From assembly GCA_029260025.1 (NCBI GenBank), contig JAJDDZ010000044.1, positions 1-45,889 on the forward strand: a DNA stretch of 45,889 bases, written 5' to 3'. The translations under genes were made by a program, and so were the position numbers. The notes beneath the pieces were generated by a model that was given only the letters and a program-made list of their open reading frames with translations, made no database searches and was not told the origin of the DNA. Positions within the stretch are counted from its first letter, which is position 1, and each line of letters opens with the position of its first letter. Shown here piece after piece: positions 1 to 8,410 of the stretch. Source of the DNA: Phycisphaerae bacterium (GTDB lineage: Bacteria; Planctomycetota; Phycisphaerae; UBA1845).

Positions 1-185
1 GCTCCTGCCAGCCGGGCGGCGGTCCTCGGACGCCGGGCGTTATTCTGGACCCCATGGGTTTAGTTTTTCGCGCGCCGTCCGGCTGGCTGTGGGCCATTTG
101 CTGTCGGGCCTTTGCCTCACTTCGGGGGTTCCCCTGTATAGTTACGCTATCGTTTTTCCTGTTACCTCTTAGACTGTCGCTCACG

Positions 186-371
186 ATGGCAAACGATGGA
201 ATCAAAATCAAAGATTTGGCGCGCGAGCTCGGTATTACCCCTCGAGAGCTGATCGATCGATGTCGGGCAGAGGGGTTCTTTGTTCAAAACGGTATTACCA
301 AAGCGAAGATCGAGCTTGAGAGGCGCATTCGTGGTTGGTACAAGTCTGATAACTCCGCGTCCACGGAGTAG
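186..371 (+). CDS. small protein with IF-2 N-terminal-like motif (61 aa)
   Basis: ATG at 186 lies inside track ORF 54..371. 'IKIKDLARELGITPRELIDRCRAEGF' resembles the IF2_N helical motif. The upstream 44 codons of the track ORF look non-coding. Confidence 0.5.
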   Translation: MANDGIKIKDLARELGITPRELIDRCRAEGFFVQNGITKAKIELERRIRGWYKSDNSASTE

Positions 372-399
372 CATTTCTCGGGGCTGGAGAAGGTGGCGA

Positions 400-903
400 C
401 TAGAAGAGATTAAGTTGACCGCCGGTTTGACGGTGGTCTAGTTGCTCTTGTGATTCGGTTGTTCCGTCGTGACGGTGGTGGAGGACGTTGCAACCTAGTT
501 CGATGAGTGCGGGAGCAATGAGGGCGGTTCGGTGACAGTGGGCGGGGTCTTCTTCGGCGCACATGATGGCTGTGTTCTTATCGTTCGCGAGTGCGAGCAA
601 TTCTTCGATGCCTTCTTGAAAACTCTTTGATTGTCGGACGAGCTGGTAGTCTGTCTTGCCGTTGGGCAGTTGCATCGCTGGGTCGTCGGTTTTGCCGCCG
701 ATTTTGTCGCCCAGGTAGACGTAGTCTAACCCGGCTTGCTCGATGGCGTGTTTGAGGTTTTCGCGATTGGCGTGGGGGACGCGGCGAGAGTAAGGGACGC
801 TTCTAACATCGACGAGGGTTTCGATTCTTGCTTGGCGCAAGAGTTCGATGAACCGTTCGATGGTTGCTGTGCTGTGGCCTACGGTGTTGACGGTTGTGGT
901 CAT
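400..903 (-). CDS. DUF488 family protein
   Basis: 167 aa. The blocks 'TVGHSTATIERFIELL', 'VDVRSVPYSR' and 'EEDPAHCHR' are typical of DUF488. Confidence 0.75.
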   Translation of the reverse strand: MTTTVNTVGHSTATIERFIELLRQARIETLVDVRSVPYSRRVPHANRENLKHAIEQAGLDYVYLGDKIGGKTDDPAMQLPNGKTDYQLVRQSKSFQEGIEELLALANDKNTAIMCAEEDPAHCHRTALIAPALIELGCNVLHHRHDGTTESQEQLDHRQTGGQLNLF

Positions 904-928
904 CGTGCAACTCGTCTTCCGCTAGCCG

Positions 929-3085
<2,157 letters not shown>

Positions 3086-3319
3086 GTTGACAAGCACACC
3101 CAGCGACCAGCGCGTTGTACCTCTTGGTGGTCTCGTGGTCAAACAGGGGGTGTTTTGTGCGATCTTTCCGGGCGTTGTGGTCCTCATAGTCGTTTGGGAA
3201 TCCGTCGATAGATTCGCTGGTGGCTGTGGTCTTGGGGTCGCAGTCCGGAAATGCTTGCGCACTTTCAGCGGGGACCGATGCGTGGACTTCGCGCTGGATC
3301 TTGTGGAGACAACACTGTT

Positions 3320-4240
3320 ATGAACGCGAATATTCTGGATACGATCAAGCAATCGGCAGCTGTTCCTTCGATGCCACAGGTGGTTCTCCGCTTTTTGGAG
3401 ATCATGCAGGATCCGGACTTCGATTACGCTGACTTGGTGAGGGTCTTGTCTGCCGATCCGGGTACGGTTAGTGAACTTTTGAGGTTGTCGAACTCGGCAC
3501 TTTTCGGGGTTCGCAACAAAGTCGTTTCGACGCATCAGGCGCTAACGCTGCTGGGTCCGAAGCGGACTCGTTCACTGCTCTTGGGTCGGTATCTTGTTGA
3601 CTCGATGTCGAGTAAGCAGGTTTCCGGTCTTGATATGAGTTACTTCTGGCGTCGGTCGTTGACGGCGTCTTTGGTTGCATCGAATTTCGCTGAAAAGATC
3701 ATTCGCCGGTGTAAGGACGAAGCTTTTATCGGAGCTTTGCTCGCAGACATTGGTGTTCCAATCTTGGCTGAGGCGATGCCTGATCAATATGGTCCGATCG
3801 CCGGTAAGTTCACTCCGCACGGCGGAATTGTCACTGGAGAGATGGAACTCGAAGCGGTTGGCGCGAGCCATTCGCAAGTTTCGGCGATGGTGATGAATCA
3901 CTGGACGCTCCCCAAGGGAGTTGTAGACGCGGTGAATCTTCATCAGTCTGATACGCCTGGTGAGGGGGATCCGGCGACTGTGGCACGGATTCTGAATGCT
4001 TCGGATCGTATCGCGACGCTTCTATGCGAAGTTCCCGAGGGGGACACGATTGCTGCGGTTTGTGTGGATGCTGTGTCTTTTGCGGGTGTGGATATCCAAG
4101 TTCTGATCGATGTTCTTCCAACGATCGAGCAGGAGATCGAGGAGCTGGCCGATGCGTTGCGAATTGATGTGATCCCCAGCAATGTTTACTCGCTGATGGC
4201 GCAAACGCTTTCTGACAAGCTTCGAGCGGCTGCCTGTTAG
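3320..4240 (+). CDS. HDOD domain protein (stand-alone)
   Basis: ATG at 3320 (the track ORF starts at 3251). 'LDTIKQSAAVPSMPQVVLRFLEIMQDPDFDYADLVRVLSADPGTVSELLRLSNSALFG' is a typical HDOD N-terminus. No other domain is evident. Confidence 0.8.
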   Translation: MNANILDTIKQSAAVPSMPQVVLRFLEIMQDPDFDYADLVRVLSADPGTVSELLRLSNSALFGVRNKVVSTHQALTLLGPKRTRSLLLGRYLVDSMSSKQVSGLDMSYFWRRSLTASLVASNFAEKIIRRCKDEAFIGALLADIGVPILAEAMPDQYGPIAGKFTPHGGIVTGEMELEAVGASHSQVSAMVMNHWTLPKGVVDAVNLHQSDTPGEGDPATVARILNASDRIATLLCEVPEGDTIAAVCVDAVSFAGVDIQVLIDVLPTIEQEIEELADALRIDVIPSNVYSLMAQTLSDKLRAAAC

Positions 4241-4364
4241 GGCGAGCGGGGTCTCAATGCTCTTGTCCGATAACTGCATGGACCCGAGCGCTGGAGCGTC
4301 TCGCAAAGCGTACACTAGACGATTTTGCGGTGGTTTTGCTGCGAGCCAATTGATATTCTTAAGA

Positions 4365-4403
4365 GCGTCTCTGGATCGAATCTTGATCCGGGGACGCTTT
4401 TTT
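4365..4403 (+). terminator. rho-independent terminator after the HDOD gene
   Basis: 13-bp stem gcgtctctggatc / gatccggggacgc (two G-U pairs), 7-nt loop, then TTTTTT (4398-4403). Confidence 0.7.
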
Positions 4404-4632
4404 GCTTGTACCTGATTTCGTTCGATCGCCGCATTCGGGGGATGCTCGTACGATCTTCTATCGCTTGGGGCAAGTTTTTTCTTTCGCTGGTGATCGGACG
4501 TTTCTTGTTGAATGTCCGGTAAGAATTCGCGAGCAGGGGGGAGGAAGCGGGGGGGCGTAGTTATCGGAACGGCGAGGGCTTTTGATCTGCTCTGCTAGCG
4601 CTGCGACGCGGGGTTTGTAAGTCCGAAACAAC

Positions 4633-4660
4633 TAAAGGCGGTTTATCGGCGCGTCGATGG
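4633..4660 (+). promoter_or_regulatory. candidate sigma-28-like promoter (flagellin 1)
   Basis: TAAAG-N15-GTCGATGG, compared with the FliA/SigD consensus TAAA-N15-GCCGATAA. The same architecture occurs at 6565-6592. It lies about 300 nt upstream of the ATG, so it is uncertain. Confidence 0.3.
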
Positions 4661-4964
4661 TCTTGAGTATCGAGCCCTTGGCGGTCGCATCCGCTCGGTC
4701 GAGGAATCGGTTATGGGTGGGGATTGGCGACCGGGGGCAAGACGGGCGGATCAACGGTTTGTAACTGTAACTTTGTAAGACGGAACACAAGAACTTCGCG
4801 AGTGTTTCGGCGACTCGATTTGGAAGTGAGTCGTAACGCGAGAATAAGCCCGTAGCCAGCATGAGGAAGCGGCTACACGGTACCGCAAGCGGGTCGCCGA
4901 CGGACGGGGAGTCCTTTCGGATACGGCGAGCCGATTTTCGGCGCTTTTGGAGGCATGGACTAGG

Positions 4965-6458
4965 ATGAGTCGGATCAATACGAATGTTCAGGCGATCGTC
5001 GCGCAGCGAGCCGTACGGCTTAACAACCAGTCGCTCAACACTGCGCTTGAGAGGTTGAGTACTGGTTTGCGAATCAATAGTGGTAAGGATGACCCAGCAG
5101 GTTTGATCGCGTCGGAGACGCTGCGATCCAACATCCGTGCTGTGTCGACTGCGATTGATAACGCGAATCGGGCTGACACGATCGTTGCGGTTGCTGAGGG
5201 CGGGCTTCAGGAAATAAGCTCTTTGCTTCTTGACCTGGAAAACCTCGTCGATCAGACAGCCAATGAAGCGGGTCTCACGTCGGGCGAAGTCAATGCGAAC
5301 CAACTCCAGGTTGATAATATTCTTCAATCGATTGATCGTCTCGCAGAGGGGACGGTTTTCGGCGGCAAGAAGCTCCTGAACGGATCGCTGGCGTTTACTA
5401 CCTCTGGGGTGAATGTCACGGAGTCTACTGGTGCTGCGCTGACTGATCTTGACAAGGTGCAGGTCAATGCGGCGAAGATCCCCGACGGCGCATTCCGAAA
5501 TGTCATTGTTAACGTTGTCGCTCGATCCGAAGTTGCGGTTCTTAGCACGGTGCTCGCCGGGACGACCGGAACGACCACGAACGAACACAACGGAACGCTC
5601 GCTGCTACTACGACGATTCAAGTACGAGGTAACCTTGGTACTGAGGTCTTGAGTTTTGCTTCTGGAACTTCCACGGCGAACATCGTTACGGCGATTAACT
5701 CTGCGAAGGACCTGACGGGCGTATCAGCGACCGCTTCGGCGGCGACGGGCGGATCTTCTTCGCTACTCCTGCAGAGTACGACGTACGGCAAAGATGCCTT
5801 CATTTCACTGAATGTTCTGCAAAACAACACCACAGCATTTACGTCGCAGGCAGCGACCGTCGAAGACAAGGGCGTCGATGGGACCGTAACGATCAACGGT
5901 ACGAGCGCAATTGTCAGCGGTCTGGATGTGGGCGTTCGGGCGGGATCACTTTCACTCGACCTCAAGCTTTCATCAACTTTCGGCGGCACCACGGGTGGTA
6001 CGACGAGCTTCGAAATCACAGGCGGTGGCGCTCGATTTGCGATTTCGCCAACCGTTGGGCTTGCTGGTCTTGAGACAATCGGTATCAGCGAAGTTTCTGC
6101 TGCCAAGATAGGCGACAAGAAAATCGGGTTCCTTCAGACGTTGAAATCAGGTCTGGCGAACGACCTCTCGAGCAAAAACTTCACGAACTCGCAAGGGATC
6201 GTTCGTGAGGCAATCAATCAGATTGCAACTTTGCGAGGACGATTGGGGACGTTTCAGAAAGATACGCTGAGACGAACGATCAACTCTTTGGAGGTTGCAC
6301 GTGAGAATACGATCGCGGCTGAGAGTGCGATTCGTGACGCCGACTTCGCTGTTGAGACGTCGAATCTGACGCGTGCCCAAATCTTGGTGAACTCATCGAC
6401 GACGGTTCTGCAGCTATCGAACTCGATTCCGCAGAACGCCTTGGCGCTTCTGGGGTAG
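4965..6458 (+). CDS. fliC: flagellin (497 aa)
   Basis: ATG at 4965 (the track starts at TTG 4947). N-terminus 'MSRINTNVQAIVAQR...LERLSTGLRINSGKDDPAGL'. C-terminus 'RDADFAVETSNLTRAQILVNSSTTVLQLSNSIPQNALALLG'. The central 'ANIVTAINSAKDLTGVSA' is an IN motif. Confidence 0.95.
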   Translation: MSRINTNVQAIVAQRAVRLNNQSLNTALERLSTGLRINSGKDDPAGLIASETLRSNIRAVSTAIDNANRADTIVAVAEGGLQEISSLLLDLENLVDQTANEAGLTSGEVNANQLQVDNILQSIDRLAEGTVFGGKKLLNGSLAFTTSGVNVTESTGAALTDLDKVQVNAAKIPDGAFRNVIVNVVARSEVAVLSTVLAGTTGTTTNEHNGTLAATTTIQVRGNLGTEVLSFASGTSTANIVTAINSAKDLTGVSATASAATGGSSSLLLQSTTYGKDAFISLNVLQNNTTAFTSQAATVEDKGVDGTVTINGTSAIVSGLDVGVRAGSLSLDLKLSSTFGGTTGGTTSFEITGGGARFAISPTVGLAGLETIGISEVSAAKIGDKKIGFLQTLKSGLANDLSSKNFTNSQGIVREAINQIATLRGRLGTFQKDTLRRTINSLEVARENTIAAESAIRDADFAVETSNLTRAQILVNSSTTVLQLSNSIPQNALALLG

Positions 6459-6490
6459 CCCTTGAGCCCCCCCTAACATGAGTTTTTCCG

Positions 6491-6528
6491 GCGTGCCGGG
6501 CGTTTTACGACGCTCGGCACGCTTTTTT
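6491..6528 (+). terminator. rho-independent terminator after flagellin 1
   Basis: 12-bp stem gcgtgccgggcg / cgctcggcacgc (one G-U pair), 8-nt loop, then TTTTTT (6523-6528). Confidence 0.8.
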
Positions 6529-6564
6529 GTTTCGTTGGGGCGAAACTTGCTCGTCGAGGGCTCT

Positions 6565-6592
6565 TCAAGCAGGGTGCATTATCGGTCGAAAA
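6565..6592 (+). promoter_or_regulatory. candidate sigma-28-like promoter (flagellin 2)
   Basis: TCAAG-N15-GTCGAAAA, with the same spacing and layout as 4633-4660. It sits downstream of the flagellin-1 terminator and about 110 nt upstream of ATG 6705. Confidence 0.35.
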
Positions 6593-6704
6593 ACAGTTGC
6601 ACCGTGCACTAGTCGCGGGGCGACTCGATTTGGGGCGTGGACTACGCAAGGTGGCGTCGTCGTTTGCGAGGATGTTTCTTCGCTCGCCTGTCAAGGAAGA
6701 CACC

Positions 6705-8156
6705 ATGAGTCGAATCAATACCAATGTGCCCGCGCTGAAAGCGTTGCATCGTCTTATCCGCAATCAGGACGATCTTGGTGTTCGCCTTGAGCGTCTGAGT
6801 ACGGGTTTGCGCATTAACCGGGGTCGTGACGACCCTGCTGGGCTTATCGTTTCGCAGCGTCTTCGTTCGGAGATTCGCACACTTCAACAGGCGATCGAGA
6901 ACTCCTCTCGAGCGGCGAATGTTGTGACGGTGGCTGAGGGTGCGTTGAACGAGACTTCCGCGTTGCTTCTGGACTTGCAAGGTCTTGTCATCCAGACGGC
7001 GAACGAGGGCGGACTGACGGAAGCGGAGGTCGAAGCAAATCAGCTGCAGGTTGATTCAATCCTTAACAGTATTGATCGCATTTCCAACACGACTCGGTTT
7101 GCGGGACGCAAGCTCCTTGACGGGAGTCAATCTTACAACATTTCGGGGCTTCCAACGACGGCGGTCACGGAAGCATCATTGTTTTCGGTACTTATGCCGC
7201 AAGGGCAGACACGTACGGTTGATATTCGCGTTACGCAGTCGGCTCTGACGGCGCAGGTCGCGTTGACGGGGAAGAATGCTTCGGGGACAACGACGCTCTC
7301 AGCGACTTCAGTTGAGATTCGCGGAACGCTTGGGGCGCAGGTCTTGTCGTTCGCATCGGGGGCGACGTTGGCGGATGTTCGTACGGCCATCAACAGCTTG
7401 ACGAATGGGACGGGTATTTCGGCAGTGGTGTCCGCTGCCGGGGTTGCTGGGGTTGCCAGCGCGCTACTCTTGACCAGTACGACGTTGGGTGCAGATGCTT
7501 TCGTTTCTGTAGAGCCCCTCAGCGGGAATTTTGTCGAGAACAACGCATTGCAGTCTTTGCGCAAGGTGGGGCGTGACGCGAAGATCATTATCGACGGACA
7601 GGTCGGATCAGCGAGGGGACTTTTCGCGACCGTTCGATCGAACGGGATCGACGCGCAACTGACCTTGACACGGAGTTTCGCTCAGACGATGTCGTCGGCA
7701 TCGTTTCAGGTGACCGGCGGTGGGTCGATTTTTCAAGTGGGTCCGGAAGTCAAACCGAGTGGACAGCTTCGTGTTGGGCTCAACTCAACCTCGTCGGGGC
7801 ACCTTGGAAATCCGAATACAGGGCGTTTGCTTTCGTTGCGGTCGGGTCAAGGGAACGATCTTGATAGCAAGAATTTCAAGAACGCTCAATCCATCGTTAC
7901 CGAAGCGATCAGCCAAATCGCGTCGTATCGTGGGCGACTGGGCGCGCTTCACAAGAACCAGATTCAGCCTGCGATTGATAGTCAGAGCATTACGTTGGAA
8001 AACGTAACGGCCTCTGAGTCGATCATTCGAGATGCTGACATTGCCGAGGAGGTTTCGGCGCTCACGCGGGTGCAGGTTTTGCTCCAGGGTACTCAAAACG
8101 CCTTGCAGATCGCGAACTCGCTTCCGAGTCTCGCGCTCTCACTTCTTGGCGGTTAG
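6705..8156 (+). CDS. fliC: flagellin paralog (483 aa)
   Basis: ATG at 6705 (the track starts at 6597). N-terminus 'MSRINTNVPALKALHRL...LERLSTGLRINRGRDDPAGL'. C-terminus 'IRDADIAEEVSALTRVQVLLQGTQNALQIANSLPSLALSLLGG'. The central 'LADVRTAINSLTNGTGISA' is an IN motif. Confidence 0.95.
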   Translation: MSRINTNVPALKALHRLIRNQDDLGVRLERLSTGLRINRGRDDPAGLIVSQRLRSEIRTLQQAIENSSRAANVVTVAEGALNETSALLLDLQGLVIQTANEGGLTEAEVEANQLQVDSILNSIDRISNTTRFAGRKLLDGSQSYNISGLPTTAVTEASLFSVLMPQGQTRTVDIRVTQSALTAQVALTGKNASGTTTLSATSVEIRGTLGAQVLSFASGATLADVRTAINSLTNGTGISAVVSAAGVAGVASALLLTSTTLGADAFVSVEPLSGNFVENNALQSLRKVGRDAKIIIDGQVGSARGLFATVRSNGIDAQLTLTRSFAQTMSSASFQVTGGGSIFQVGPEVKPSGQLRVGLNSTSSGHLGNPNTGRLLSLRSGQGNDLDSKNFKNAQSIVTEAISQIASYRGRLGALHKNQIQPAIDSQSITLENVTASESIIRDADIAEEVSALTRVQVLLQGTQNALQIANSLPSLALSLLGG

Positions 8157-8410
8157 AATTTTCTTTTGGCGTGTTCTTGTTCGTCTGCGCACATTTCGCC
8201 TCCCATACCGCGCCGTCATGTCTCAAAACGTCAACCGTTGCGCCTGCGAACGCGGAACTTGCGCCTGCGGAGCGCAATTCGATCTGTCCAGCGGTGGGTA
8301 GATAGTGGCCGATAATTATGGGTGCGGATTGGTGCGCCATGACCGCGCCTGGCAGAGCGCGTTCGACGCGGCGAACAACGAATCGAATGCTGGAATGAGG
8401 TCAAACTGAT

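Noticed and set aside
4632-5621. 329-aa minus-strand ORF overlapping the flagellin-1 leader and N-terminus
   Set aside because: It is a codon-aligned antisense shadow of the flagellin frame, extended into the non-coding leader. The sequence is low-complexity and R/S-rich. The flagellin on the plus strand is certain.
4561-8315. Apparent enrichment of the heptamer TTATCGG/CCGATAA in flagellar intergenic regions (4561, 4643, 6579, and 8309 inverted)
   Set aside because: The same heptamer also occurs in unrelated places (for example 3726, 4266 and 30149). My total of about 7 is close to the roughly 5-6 expected by chance for a 7-mer on two strands of 46 kb. It is not convincing as a motif by itself.
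8340-8365. Sigma-54-like TGGCA...TTCG upstream of fliD, with similar checks upstream of the flagellins
   Set aside because: The GG-N10-GC spacing of the -24/-12 promoter class is not satisfied at any candidate.
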